Assembly: GCA_964057225.1 (NCBI GenBank)
Contig: OZ059897.1
Span: 806,001 to 870,000 of the forward strand
From: Auanema rhodensis
Lineage: Eukaryota > Animalia > Nematoda
DNA length: 64,000 nt
Direction of reading: 5' to 3'
Below are positions 27,501 through 42,500 of the stretch, piece after piece. Numbering within the stretch: position 1 is the first letter of the stretch; each line of letters opens with the position of its first letter. The translations under genes were made by a program, and so were the position numbers. The notes beneath the pieces are model-generated. The model saw nothing but the letters and a program-made list of their open reading frames with translations, ran no database searches and was not told the origin of the DNA.

Positions 27501-30500
27501 ATTTTTGTATTGAGCGTTTCTTAATGTATTATAGTGCATTCGATGCGGATTTTTAAGCTGCGTCGATCTGTGTTATCAGATTTGAGTTAGCTTAAAAATG
27601 CACCGAGATATCAACTGATATAAGTTCACACTTATATCCTCGATTTTCACCCTGAAGAATTAATTTTTTCGTTGATTAACATTGTCCATCGTCTTCGCCT
27701 TGAAAAAAGAAATCTAAAAACATCTACTTTTCGTGAAATTATCTTGAAATTTCTCAGGAAAATTTTTGTCAAAATGTTTTTGGAAGCAATGTTGAGTGTA
27801 AATGGAAACTCAACATACACTAATGCAACATTTTTTAAACAATCATAACTAATTTTTGTATTGAGCGTTTCTTAATGTATTATAGTGCATTCGATGCGGA
27901 TTTTTAAGCTGCTTCGATCTGTGTTATCAGATTTGCGCTAGCTTAGAAATGCACCGAGATATCAACTGATATAAGTTCACACTTATATCCTCGATTTTCA
28001 CCCTGAAGAATTAATTTTTTCGTTGAATAACATTGTCCATCGTCTTCGCCTTGAAAAAAGGAATTTAAAAACATCTACTTTTCGTGAAATTATTTTGAAA
28101 TTTTTCGGGAAAATTTTTGTCAAAATGTTTTTGGAAGCAATGTTGAGTGTACATGGAAACTCAACATACACTAATGCATCTTTTTTCAAACAATCATAAA
28201 TACTTTTGTATTGAGCGTTTCTCAATGTAATATAGTGCATTCGAAACGGATTTTTGAGCTGCGTCGATCTGTGTTATCAGATTTGCGCTAGCTTAAAAAT
28301 GCACCGAGATATCAACTGATATAAGTTCACACTTATATCCTCGATTTTCACCCTGAAGAATTAATTTTTTTGTTGAATAACATTGTCCATCGTCTTCGCC
28401 TTGAAAAAAGGAATTTAAAAACATCTACTTTTTGTGAAATTATTTTGAAATTTTTCGGGAAAATTTTTGTCAAAATGTTTTTGGAAGCAATGTTGAGTGT
28501 ACATGGAAACTCAACATACACTAATGCATAATTTTTTAAACAATCATAACTAATTTTTGTATTGAGCGTTTCTTAATGTATTATAGTGCATTCGATGCGG
28601 ATTTTTAAGCTGCGTCGATCTGTGTTATCAGATTTGAGTTAGCTTAAAAATGCACCGAGATATCAACTGATATAAGTTCACACTTATATCCTCGATTTTC
28701 ACCCTGAAGAATTAATTTTTTCGTTGAATAACATTGTCCATCGTCTTCGCCTTGAAATAAGGAATTTAAAAACATCTACTTTTTGTGAAATTATTTTGAA
28801 ATTTTTCGGGAAAATTTTTGTCAAAATGTTTTTGGAAGCAATGTTGAGTGTACATGGAAACTCAACATACACTAATGCATAATTTTTTAAACAATCATAA
28901 CTAATTTTTGTATTGAGCGTTTCTTAATGTATTATAGTGCATTCGATGCGGATTTTTAAGCTGCTTCGATCTGTGTTATCAGATTTGCGCTAGCTTAGAA
29001 ATGCACCGAGATATCAACTGATATAAGTTCACACTTATATCCTCGATTTTCACCCTGAAGAATTAATTTTTTCGTTGAATAACATTGTCCATCGTCTTCG
29101 CCTTGAAAAAAGGAATTTAAAAACATCTACTTTTCGTGAAATTATTTTGAAATTTTTCGGGAAAATTTTTGTCAAAATGTTTTTGGAAGCAATGTTGAGT
29201 GTACATGGAAACTCAACATACACTAATGCATCATTTTTCAAACGATCATAACTAATTTTTGTATTGAGCGTTTTTTAATGTATTATAGTGCATTCGATAC
29301 GGATTTTTAAGCTGCTTCGATCTGTGTTATCAGATTTGCGCTAGCAAAGAAATGCACCGAGATATCAACTGATATATGTTCACACTTATATCCTCGATTT
29401 TCACCCTGAAGAATTAATTTTCTCGTTGAATAACATTGTCCATCGTCTTCGCCTTGAAAAAAGGAATTTAAAAACATCTACTTTTCGTGAAATTATTTTG
29501 AAATTTTTCGGGAAAATTTTTGTCAAAATGTTTTTGGAAGCAATGTTGAGCGTACATGGAAACTCAACATACACTAATGCATCATTTTTCAAACGATCAT
29601 AACTAATTTTTGTATTGAGCGTTTCTTAATGTATTATAGTGCATTCGATGCGGATTTTTAAGCTGCGTCGATCTGTGTATTCAGATTTGAGTTAGCTTAA
29701 AAATGCACCGAGATATCAACTGATATAAGTTCACACTGATATCCTCGATTTTCACCCTGAAGAATTAATTTTTTCGTTGAATAACATTGTCCATCGTCTT
29801 CGCCTTGAAAAAAGAAATGTAAAAACATCTACTTTTGGTAAAATTATTTTGAAATTTTTCAGGAAAATTTTTGTCAAAATGTTTTTGGAAGCAATGTTGA
29901 GTGTACATGGAAACTCAACATACACTAATGCATCTTTTTTCAAACAATCATAAATACTTTTGTATTGAGCGTTTCTTAATGTATTATAGTGCATTCGATG
30001 CGGATTTTTAAGCTGCTTCGATCTGTGTTATCAGATTTGCGCTAGCTTAGAAATGCACCGAGATATCAACTGATATAAGTTCACACTTATATCCTCGATT
30101 TTCACCCTGAAGAATTAATTTTTTCGTTGAATAACATTGTCCATCGTCTTCGCCTTGAAATAAGGAATTTAAAAACATCTACTTTTTGTGAAATTATTTT
30201 GAAATTTTTCGGGAAAATTTTTGTCAAAATGTTTTTGGAAGCAATGTTGAGTGTACATGGAAACTCAACATACACTAATGCATAATTTTTTAAACAATCA
30301 TAACTAATTTTTGTATTGAGCGTTTCTTAATGTATTATAGTGCATTCGATGCGGATTTTTAAGCTGCTTCGATCTGTGTTATCAGATTTGCGCTAGCTTA
30401 GAAATGCACCGAGATATCAACTGATATAAGTTCACACTTATATCCTCGATTTTCACCCTGAAGAATTAATTTTTTCGTTGAATAACATTGTCCATCGTCT

Positions 30501-33500
30501 TCGCCTTGAAAAAAGGAATTTAAAAACATCTACTTTTCGTGAAATTATTTTGAAATTTTTCGGGAAAATTTTTGTCAAAATGTTTTTGGAAGCAATGTTG
30601 AGTGTACATGGAAACTCAACATACACTAATGCATCTTTTTTCAAACAATCATAAATACTTTTGTATTGAGCGTTTCTCAATGTAATATAGTGCATTCGAA
30701 ACGGATTTTTAAGCTGCGTCGATCTGTGTTATCAGATTTGCGCTAGCTTAAAAATGCACCGAGATATCAACTGATATAAGTTCACACTTATATCCTCGAT
30801 TTTCACCCTGAAGAATTAATTTTTTTGTTGAATAACATTGTCCATCGTCTTCGCCTTGAAAAAAGGAATTTAAAAACATCTACTTTTTGTGAAATTATTT
30901 TGAAATTTTTCGGGAAAATTTTTGTCAAAATGTTTTTGGAAGCAATGTTGAGTGTACATGGAAACTCAACATACACTAATGCATAATTTTTTAAACAATC
31001 ATAACTAATTTTTGTATTGAGCGTTTCTTAATGTATTATAGTGCATTCGATGCGGATTTTTAAGCTGCGTCGATCTGTGTTATCAGATTTGAGTTAGCTT
31101 AAAAATGCACCGAGATATCAACTGATATAAGTTCACACTTATATCCTCGATTTTCACCCTGAAGAATTAATTTTTTCGTTGAATAACATTGTCCATCGTC
31201 TTCGCCTTGAAATAAGGAATTTAAAAACATCTACTTTTTGTGAAATTATTTTGAAATTTTTCGGGAAAATTTTTGTCAAAATGTTTTTGGAAGCAATGTT
31301 GAGTGTACATGGAAACTCAACATACACTAATGCATAATTTTTTAAACAATCATAACTAATTTTTGTATTGAGCGTTTCTTAATGTATTATAGTGCATTCG
31401 ATGCGGATTTTTAAGCTGCTTCGATCTGTGTTATCAGATTTGCGCTAGCTTAGAAATGCACCGAGATATCAACTGATATAAGTTCACACTTATATCCTCG
31501 ATTTTCACCCTGAAGAATTAATTTTTTCGTTGAATAACATTGTCCATCGTCTTCGCCTTGAAAAAAGGAATTTAAAAACATCTACTTTTCGTGAAATTAT
31601 TTTGAAATTTTTCGGGAAAATTTTTGTCAAAATGTTTTTGGAAGCAATGTTGAGTGTACATGGAAACTCAACATACACTAATGCATCATTTTTCAAACGA
31701 TCATAACTAATTTTTGTATTGAGCGTTTTTTAATGTATTATAGTGCATTCGATACGGATTTTTAAGCTGCTTCGATCTGTGTTATCAGATTTGCGCTAGC
31801 AAAGAAATGCACCGAGATATCAACTGATATATGTTCACACTTATATCCTCGATTTTCACCCTGAAGAATTAATTTTCTCGTTGAATAACATTGTCCATCG
31901 TCTTCGCCTTGAAAAAAGGAATTTAAAAACATCTACTTTTCGTGAAATTATTTTGAAATTTTTCGGGAAAATTTTTGTCAAAATGTTTTTGGAAGCAATG
32001 TTGAGCGTACATGGAAACTCAACATACACTAATGCATCATTTTTCAAACGATCATAACTAATTTTTGTATTGAGCGTTTCTTAATGTATTATAGTGCATT
32101 CGATGCGGATTTTTAAGCTGCGTCGATCTGTGTTATCAGATTTGAGTTAGCTTAAAAATGCACCGAGATATCAACTGATATAAGTTCACACTTATATCCT
32201 CGATTTTCACCCTGAAGAATTAATTTTTTCGTTGAATAACAATGTCCATCGTCTTCGCCTTGAAAAAAGAAATCTAAAAACATCTACTTTTTGTCAAAAT
32301 GTTTTTGGAAGCAATATTGAGTGTACATGGAAACTCAACATACACTAATGCATCATTTTTAAAACGATCATAACTAATTTTTGTATTGAGCGTTTCTTAA
32401 TGTATTATAGTGCATTCGATGCGGATTTTTAAGCTGCTTCGATCTGTGTTATCAGATTTGCGCTAGCTTAAAAATGCACCGAGATATCAACTGATATAAG
32501 TTCACACTTATATCCTCGATTTTCACCCTGAAGAATTAATTTTTTCGTTGATTAACATTGTCCATCGTCTTTGCCTTGAAAAAAGGAATCTAAAAACATC
32601 TACTTTTTGTGAAATTATTTTGAAATTTTTTGGCAAAATTTTTGTCAAAATGTTTTTGAAAGCAATGTTGAGTGTACATGGAAACTCAACATACACTAAT
32701 GCAACATTTTTCAAACGATCATAACTAATTTTTGTATTGAGCGTTTCTTTATGTATTATAGTGCATTCGATGCGGATTTTTAAGCTGCGTCGATCTGTGT
32801 TATCAGATTTGAGTTAGCTTAAAAATGCACCGAGATATCAACTGATATAAGTTCACACTTATATCCTCGATTTTCACCCTGAAGAATTAATTTTTTCGTT
32901 GATTAACATTGTCCATCGTCTTTGCCTTGAAGAAAGGAATCTAAAAACATCTACTTTTTGTGAAATTATTTTGAAATTTTTTGGCAAAATTTTTGTCAAA
33001 ATGTTTTTGAAAGCAATGTTGAGTGTACATGGAAACTCAACATACACTAATGCAACATTTTTCAAACGATCATAACTAATTTTTGTATTGAGCGTTTCTG
33101 AATGTATTATAGTGCATTCGATGCGGATTTTTAAGCTGCTTCGATCTGTGTTATCAGATTTGCGCTAGCTTAAAAATGAACCGAGATATCAACTGATATA
33201 AGTTCACACTTATATCCTCGATTTTCACCCTGAAGAATTAATTTTTTCGTTGAATAACATTGTCCATCGTCTTCGCCTTGAAAAAAGAAATCTAAAAACA
33301 TCTACTTTTAGTAAAATTATTTTGAAATTTTTCGGGAAAATTTTTGTCAATATGTTTTTGGAAGCAATGTTGAGTGTACATGGAAACTCAACATACACTA
33401 ATGCATAATTTTTTAAACAATCATAACTAATTTTTGTATTGAGCGTTTCTTAATGTATTATAGTGCATTCGATGCCGATTTTCAAGCTGCTTCGATCTGT

Positions 33501-34944
33501 GTTATCAGATTTGCGCTAGCTTAAAAATGAACCGAGATATCAACTGATATAAGTTCACACTTATATCCTCGATTTTCACCCTGAAGAATTAATTTTTTCG
33601 TTGAATAACATTGTCCATCGTCTTCGCCTTGAAATAAGGAATTTAAAAACATCTACTTTTTGTGAAATTATTTTGAAATTTTTCGGGAAAATTTTTGTCA
33701 AAATGTTTTTGGAAGCAATGTTGAGTGTACATGGAAACTCAACATACACTAATGCATAATTTTTTAAACAATCATAACTAATTTTTGTATTGAGCGTTTC
33801 TTAATGTATTATAGTGCATTCGATGCGGATTTTTAAGCTGCTTCGATCTGTGTTATCAGATTTGCGCTAGCTTAGAAATGCACCGAGATATCAACTGATA
33901 TAAGTTCACACTTATATCCTCGATTTTCACCCTGAAGAATTAATTTTTTCGTTGAATAACATTGTCCATCGTCTTCGCCTTGAAAAAAGGAATTTAAAAA
34001 CATCTACTTTTCGTGAAATTATTTTGAAATTTTTCGGGAAAATTTTTGTCAAAATGTTTTTGGAAGCAATGTTGAGTGTACATGGAAACTCAACATACAC
34101 TAATGCATCATTTTTCAAACGATCATAACTAATTTTTGTATTGAGCGTTTTTTAATGTATTATAGTGCATTCGATACGGATTTTTAAGCTGCTTCGATCT
34201 GTGTTATCAGATTTGCGCTAGCAAAGAAATGCACCGAGATATCAACTGATATATGTTCACACTTATATCCTCGATTTTCACCCTGAAGAATTAATTTTCT
34301 CGTTGAATAACATTGTCCATCGTCTTCGCCTTGAAAAAAGGAATTTAAAAACATCTACTTTTCGTGAAATTATTTTGAAATTTTTCGGGAAAATTTTTGT
34401 CAAAATGTTTTTGGAAGCAATGTTGAGCGTACATGGAAACTCAACATACACTAATGCATCATTTTTCAAACGATCATAACTAATTTTTGTATTGAGCGTT
34501 TCTTAATGTATTATAGTGCATTCGATGCGGATTTTTAAGCTGCGTCGATCTGTGTTATCAGATTTGAGTTAGCTTAAAAATGCACCGAGATATCAACTGA
34601 TATAAGTTCACACTTATATCCTCGATTTTCACCCTGAAGAATTAATTTTTTCGTTGAATAACAATGTCCATCGTCTTCGCCTTGAAAAAAGAAATCTAAA
34701 AACATCTACTTTTTGTCAAAATGTTTTTGAAAGCAATATTGAGTGTACATGGAAACTCAACATACACTAATGCATCATTTTTAAAACGATCATAACTAAT
34801 TTTTGTATTGAGCGTTTCTTAATGTATTATAGTGCATTCGATGCGGATTTTTAAGCTGCTTCGATCTGTGTTATCAGATTTGCGCTAGCTTAAAAATGCA
34901 CCGAGATATCAACTGATATAAGTTCACACTTATATCCTCGATTT
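15256..34944. repeat. Zone containing nine 316-bp deletion monomers (starts 15256, 18029, 19047, 22171, 23540, 24207, 25576, 32207, 34629)
   Basis: The junction CTACTTTTTGT|CAAAATG lies at the same monomer offset in all nine copies. ORF spacings of 667 and 1018 bp confirm the 35-bp loss. Confidence 0.95.
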
Positions 34945-35500
34945 TCACCCTGAAGAATTAATTTTTTCGTTGATTAACATTGTCCATCGTCTTTGCCTTG
35001 AAAAAAGGAATCTAAAAACATCTACTTTTTGTGAAATTATTTTGAAATTTTTTGGCAAAATTTTTGTCAAAATGTTTTTGAAAGCAATGTTGAGTGTACA
35101 TGGAAACTCAACATACACTAATGCAACATTTTTCAAACGATCATAACTAATTTTTGTATTGAGCGTTTCTTTATGTATTATAGTGCATTCGATGCGGATT
35201 TTTAAGCTGCGTCGATCTGTGTTATCAGATTTGAGTTAGCTTAAAAATGCACCGAGATATCAACTGATATAAGTTCACACTTATATCCTCGATTTTCACC
35301 CTGAAGAATTAATTTTTTCGTTGATTAACATTGTCCATCGTCTTTGCCTTGAAGAAAGGAATCTAAAAACATCTACTTTTTGTGAAATTATTTTGAAATT
35401 TTTTGGCAAAATTTTTGTCAAAATGTTTTTGAAAGCAATGTTGAGTGTACATGGAAACTCAACATACACTAATGCAACATTTTTCAAACGATCATAACTA
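27950..35500. repeat. Two overlapping block duplications at 7-monomer offsets (2455 and 2422 bp)
   Basis: Offset 2455: 27998/30453, 29050/31505, 29401/31856. Offset 2422 (= 6x351+316): 31505/33927, 31856/34278, 32523/34945, 32874/35296. Confidence 0.82.
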
Positions 35501-36549
35501 ATTTTTGTATTGAGCGTTTCTTAATGTATCATAGTGCATTCGATGCGGATTTTTAAGCTGCGTCGATCTGTGTTATCAGATTTGAGTTAGCTTAAAAATG
35601 CACCGAGATATCAACTGATATAAGTTCACACTTATATCCTCGATTTTCACCCTGAAGAAATGATTTTTTCGTTGAATAACATTGTCCATCGTCTTCGCCT
35701 TGAAAAAAGAAATCTAAAAACATCTACTTTTAGTAAAATTATCTTGAAATTTTTCAGGAAAATTTTTGTCAAAATGTTTTTGGAAGCAATGTTGAGTGTA
35801 CATGGAAACTCAACATACACTAATGCATAATTTTTTAAACAATCATAACTAATTTTTGTATTGAGCGTTTCTTAATGTATCATAGTGCATTCGATGCGGA
35901 TTTTTAAGCTGCGTCGATCTGTGTTATCAGATTTGAGTTAGCTTAAAAATGCACCGAGATATCAACTGATATAAGTTCACACTTATATCCTCGATTTTCA
36001 CCCTGAAGAATTAATTTTTTCGTTGAATAACATTGTCCATCGTCTTCGCCTTGAAATAAGGAATTTAAAAACATCTACTTTTTGTGAAATTATTTTGAAA
36101 TTTTTCGGGAAAATTTTTGTCAAAATGTTTTTGGAAGCAATGTTGAGTGTACATGGAAACTCAACATACACTAATGCATAATTTTTTAAACAATCATAAC
36201 TAATTTTTGTATTGAGCGTTTCTTAATGTATTATAGTGCATTCGATGCGGATTTTTAAGCTGCTTCGATCTGTGTTATCAGATTTGCGCTAGCTTAGAAA
36301 TGCACCGAGATATCAACTGATATAAGTTCACACTTATATCCTCGATTTTCACCCTGAAGAATTAATTTTTTCGTTGAATAACATTGTCCATCGTCTTCGC
36401 CTTGAAAAAAGAAATCTAAAAACATCTACTTTTAGTAAAATTATCTTGAAATTTTTCAGGAAAATTTTTGTCAAAATGTTTTTGGAAGCAATGTTGAGTG
36501 TACATGGAAACTCAACATACACTAATGCATAATTTTTTAAACAATCATA

Positions 36550-39500
36550 ACTAATTTTTGTATTGAGCGTTTCTTAATGTATCATAGTGCATTCGATGCG
36601 GATTTTTAAGCTGCGTCGATCTGTGTTATCAGATTTGAGTTAGCTTAAAAATGCACCGAGATATCAACTGATATAAGTTCACACTTATATCCTCGATTTT
36701 CACCCTGAAGAAATGATTTTTTCGTTGAATAACATTGTCCATCGTCTTCGCCTTGAAAAAAGAAATCTAAAAACATCTACTTTTGGTAAAATTATTTTGA
36801 AATTTTTCAGGAAAATTTTTGTCAAAATGTTTTTGGAATCAATGTTGAGTGTACATGGAAACTCAACATACACTAATGCATAATTTTTTAAACGATCATA
36901 ACTAATTTTTGTATTGAGCGTTTCTTAATGTATTATAGTGCATTCGATGCGGATTGTTAAGCTGCGTCGATCTGTGTTATCAGATTTGAGTTAGCTTAAA
37001 AATCCACCGAGATATCAACTGATATAAGTTCACACTTATATCCTCGATTTTCACCCTGAAGAATTAATTTTTTCGTTGATTAACATTGTCCATCGTCTTC
37101 GCCTTGAAAAAAGAAATCTAAAAACATCTACTTTTCGTAAAATTATCTTGAAATTTCTCAGGAAAATTTTTGTCAAAATGTTTTTGGAAGCAATGTTGAG
37201 TGTACATGGAAACTCAACATACACTAATGCAACATTTTTTAAACAATCATAACTAATTTTTGTATTGAGCGTTTCTTAATGTATTATAGTGCATTCGATG
37301 CGGATTTTTAAGCTGCTTCGATCTGTGTTATCAGATTTGCGCTAGCTTAGAAATGCACCGAGATATCAACTGATATAAGTTCACACTTATATCCTCGATT
37401 TTCACCCTGAAGAATTAATTTTTTCGTTGAATAACATTGTCCATCGTCTTCGCCTTGAAAAAAAGAATTTAAAAACATCTACTTTTTGTGAAATTATTTT
37501 GAAATTTTTCGGGAAAATTTTTGTCAAAATGTTTTTGGAAGCAATGTTGAGTGTACATGGAAACTCAACATACACTAATGCATCTTTTTTCAAACAATCA
37601 TAAATACTTTTGTATTGAGCGTTTCTCAATGTAATATAGTGCATTCGAAACGGATTTTTAAGCTGCGTCGATCTGTGTTATCAGATTTGCGCTAGCTTAA
37701 AAATGCACCGAGATATCAACTGATATAAGTTCACACTTATATCCTCGATTTTCACCCTGAAGAATTAATTTTTTTGTTGAATAACATTGTCCATCGTCTT
37801 CGCCTTGAAAAAAGGAATTTAAAAACATCTACTTTTTGTGAAATTATTTTGAAATTTTTCGGGAAAATTTTTGTCAAAATGTTTTTGGAAGCAATGTTGA
37901 GTGTACATGGAAACTCAACATACACTAATGCATAATTTTTTAAACAATCATAACTAATTTTTGTATTGAGCGTTTCTTAATGTATTATAGTGCATTCGAT
38001 GCGGATTTTTAAGCTGCGTCGATCTGTGTTATCAGATTTGAGTTAGCTTAAAAATGCACCGAGATATCAACTGATATAAGTTCACACTTATATCCTCGAT
38101 TTTCACCCTGAAGAATTAATTTTTTCGTTGAATAACATTGTCCATCGTCTTTGCCTTGAAAAAAGGAATTTAAAAACATCTACTTTTTGTGAAATTATTT
38201 TGAAATTTTTCGGGAAAATTTTTGTCAAAATGTTTTTGGAAGCAATGTTGAGTGTACATGGAAACTCAACATACACTAATGCATAATTTTTTAAACAATC
38301 ATAACTAATTTTTGTATTGAGCGTTTCTTGATGTATTATAGTGCATTCGATGCGGATTTTTAAGCTGCGTCGATCTGTGTTATCAGATTTGAGTTAGCTT
38401 AAAAATGCACCGAGATATCAACTGATATAAGTTCACACTTATATCCTCGATTTTCACCCTGAAGAATTAATTTTTTCGTTGATTAACATTGTCCATCGTC
38501 TTTGCCTTGAAGAAAGGAATCTAAAAACATCTACTTTTTGTGAAATTATTTTGAAATTTTTTGGCAAAATTTTTGTCAAAATGTTTTTGAAAGCAATGTT
38601 GAGTGTACATGGAAACTCAACATACACTAATGCAACATTTTTCAAACGATCATAACTAATTTTTGTATTGAGCGTTTCTTAATGTATCATAGTGCATTCG
38701 ATGCGGATTTTTAAGCTGCGTCGATCTGTGTTATCAGATTTGAGTTAGCTTAAAAATGCACCGAGATATCAACTGATATAAGTTCACACTTATATCCTCG
38801 ATTTTCACCCTGAAGAAATGATTTTTTCGTTGAATAACATTGTCCATCGTCTTCGCCTTGAAATAAGGAATTTAAAAACATCTACTTTTTGTGAAATTAT
38901 TTTGAAATTTTTCGGGAAAATTTTTGTCAAAATGTTTTTGGAAGCAATGTTGAGTGTACATGGAAACTCAACATACACTAATGCATAATTTTTTAAACAA
39001 TCATAACTAATTTTTGTATTGAGCGTTTCTTAATGTATTATAGTGCATTCGATGCGGATTTTTAAGCTGCTTCGATCTGTGTTATCAGATTTGCGCTAGC
39101 TTAGAAATGCACCGAGATATCAACTGATATAAGTTCACACTTATATCCTCGATTTTCACCCTGAAGAATTAATTTTTTCGTTGAATAACATTGTCCATCG
39201 TCTTCGCCTTGAAAAAAGAAATCTAAAAACATCTACTTTTTGTGAAATTATTTTGAAATTTTTCGGGAAAATTTTTGTCAAAATGTTTTTGGAAGCAATG
39301 TTGAGTGTACATGGAAACTCAACATACACTAATGCATAATTTTTTAAACAATCATAACTAATTTTTGTATTGAGCGTTTCTTAATGTATCATAGTGCATT
39401 CGATGCGGATTTTTAAGCTGCGTCGATCTGTGTTATCAGATTTGAGTTAGCTTAAAAATGCACCGAGATATCAACTGATATAAGTTCACACTTATATCCT

Positions 39501-42500
39501 CGATTTTCACCCTGAAGAAATGATTTTTTCGTTGAATAACATTGTCCATCGTCTTCGCCTTGAAAAAAGAAATCTAAAAACATCTACTTTTGGTAAAATT
39601 ATTTTGAAATTTTTCAGGAAAATTTTTGTCAAAATGTTTTTGGAATCAATGTTGAGTGTACATGGAAACTCAACATACACTAATGCATAATTTTTTAAAC
39701 GATCATAACTAATTTTTGTATTGAGCGTTTCTTAATGTATTATAGTGCATTCGATGCGGATTGTTAAGCTGCGTCGATCTGTGTTATCAGATTTGAGTTA
39801 GCTTAAAAATCCACCGAGATATCAACTGATATAAGTTCACACTTATATCCTCGATTTTCACCCTGAAGAATTAATTTTTTCGTTGATTAACATTGTCCAT
39901 CGTCTTCGCCTTGAAAAAAGAAATCTAAAAACATCTACTTTTCGTAAAATTATCTTGAAATTTCTCAGGAAAATTTTTGTCAAAATGTTTTTGGAAGCAA
40001 TGTTGAGTGTACATGGAAACTCAACATACACTAATGCAACATTTTTTAAACAATCATAACTAATTTTTGTATTGAGCGTTTCTTAATGTATTATAGTGCA
40101 TTCGATGCGGATTTTTAAGCTGCTTCGATCTGTGTTATCAGATTTGCGCTAGCTTAGAAATGCACCGAGATATCAACTGATATAAGTTCACACTTATATC
40201 CTCGATTTTCACCCTGAAGAATTAATTTTTTCGTTGAATAACATTGTCCATCGTCTTCGCCTTGAAAAAAAGAATTTAAAAACATCTACTTTTTGTGAAA
40301 TTATTTTGAAATTTTTCGGGAAAATTTTTGTCAAAATGTTTTTGGAAGCAATGTTGAGTGTACATGGAAACTCAACATACACTAATGCATCTTTTTTCAA
40401 ACAATCATAAATACTTTTGTATTGAGCGTTTCTCAATGTAATATAGTGCATTCGAAACGGATTTTTAAGCTGCGTCGATCTGTGTTATCAGATTTGCGCT
40501 AGCTTAAAAATGCACCGAGATATCAACTGATATAAGTTCACACTTATATCCTCGATTTTCACCCTGAAGAATTAATTTTTTTGTTGAATAACATTGTCCA
40601 TCGTCTTCGCCTTGAAAAAAGGAATTTAAAAACATCTACTTTTTGTGAAATTATTTTGAAATTTTTCGGGAAAATTTTTGTCAAAATGTTTTTGGAAGCA
40701 ATGTTGAGTGTACATGGAAACTCAACATACACTAATGCATAATTTTTTAAACAATCATAACTAATTTTTGTATTGAGCGTTTCTTAATGTATCATAGTGC
40801 ATTCGATGCGGATTTTTAAGCTGCGTCGATCTGTGTTATCAGATTTGAGTTAGCTTAAAAATGCACCGAGATATCAACTGATATAAGTTCACACTTATAT
40901 CCTCGATTTTCACCCTGAAGAAATGATTTTTTCGTTGAATAACATTGTCCATCGTCTTCGCCTTGAAAAAAGAAATCTAAAAACATCTACTTTTGGTAAA
41001 ATTATTTTGAAATTTTTCAGGAAAATTTTTGTCAAAATGTTTTTGGAATCAATGTTGAGTGTACATGGAAACTCAACATACACTAATGCATAATTTTTTA
41101 AACGATCATAACTAATTTTTGTATTGAGCGTTTCTTAATGTATTATAGTGCATTCGATGCGGATTGTTAAGCTGCGTCGATCTGTGTTATCAGATTTGAG
41201 TTAGCTTAAAAATCCACCGAGATATCAACTGATATAAGTTCACACTTATATCCTCGATTTTCACCCTGAAGAATTAATTTTTTCGTTGATTAACATTGTC
41301 CATCGTCTTCGCCTTGAAAAAAGAAATCTAAAAACATCTACTTTTCGTAAAATTATCTTGAAATTTCTCAGGAAAATTTTTGTCAAAATGTTTTTGGAAG
41401 CAATGTTGAGTGTACATGGAAACTCAACATACACTAATGCAACATTTTTTAAACAATCATAACTAATTTTTGTATTGAGCGTTTCTTAATGTATTATAGT
41501 GCATTCGATGCGGATTTTTAAGCTGCTTCGATCTGTGTTATCAGATTTGCGCTAGCTTAGAAATGCACCGAGATATCAACTGATATAAGTTCACACTTAT
41601 ATCCTCGATTTTCACCCTGAAGAATTAATTTTTTCGTTGAATAACATTGTCCATCGTCTTCGCCTTGAAAAAAAGAATTTAAAAACATCTACTTTTTGTG
41701 AAATTATTTTGAAATTTTTCGGGAAAATTTTTGTCAAAATGTTTTTGGAAGCAATGTTGAGTGTACATGGAAACTCAACATACACTAATGCATCTTTTTT
41801 CAAACAATCATAAATACTTTTGTATTGAGCGTTTCTCAATGTAATATAGTGCATTCGAAACGGATTTTTAAGCTGCGTCGATCTGTGTTATCAGATTTGC
41901 GCTAGCTTAAAAATGCACCGAGATATCAACTGATATAAGTTCACACTTATATCCTCGATTTTCACCCTGAAGAATTAATTTTTTTGTTGAATAACATTGT
42001 CCATCGTCTTCGCCTTGAAAAAAGGAATTTAAAAACATCTACTTTTTGTGAAATTATTTTGAAATTTTTCGGGAAAATTTTTGTCAAAATGTTTTTGGAA
42101 GCAATGTTGAGTGTACATGGAAACTCAACATACACTAATGCATAATTTTTTAAACAATCATAACTAATTTTTGTATTGAGCGTTTCTTAATGTATTATAG
42201 TGCATTCGATGCGGATTTTTAAGCTGCGTCGATCTGTGTTATCAGATTTGAGTTAGCTTAAAAATGCACCGAGATATCAACTGATATAAGTTCACACTTA
42301 TATCCTCGATTTTCACCCTGAAGAATTAATTTTTTCGTTGAATAACATTGTCCATCGTCTTTGCCTTGAAAAAAGGAATTTAAAAACATCTACTTTTTGT
42401 GAAATTATTTTGAAATTTTTCGGGAAAATTTTTGTCAAAATGTTTTTGGAAGCAATGTTGAGTGTACATGGAAACTCAACATACACTAATGCATAATTTT

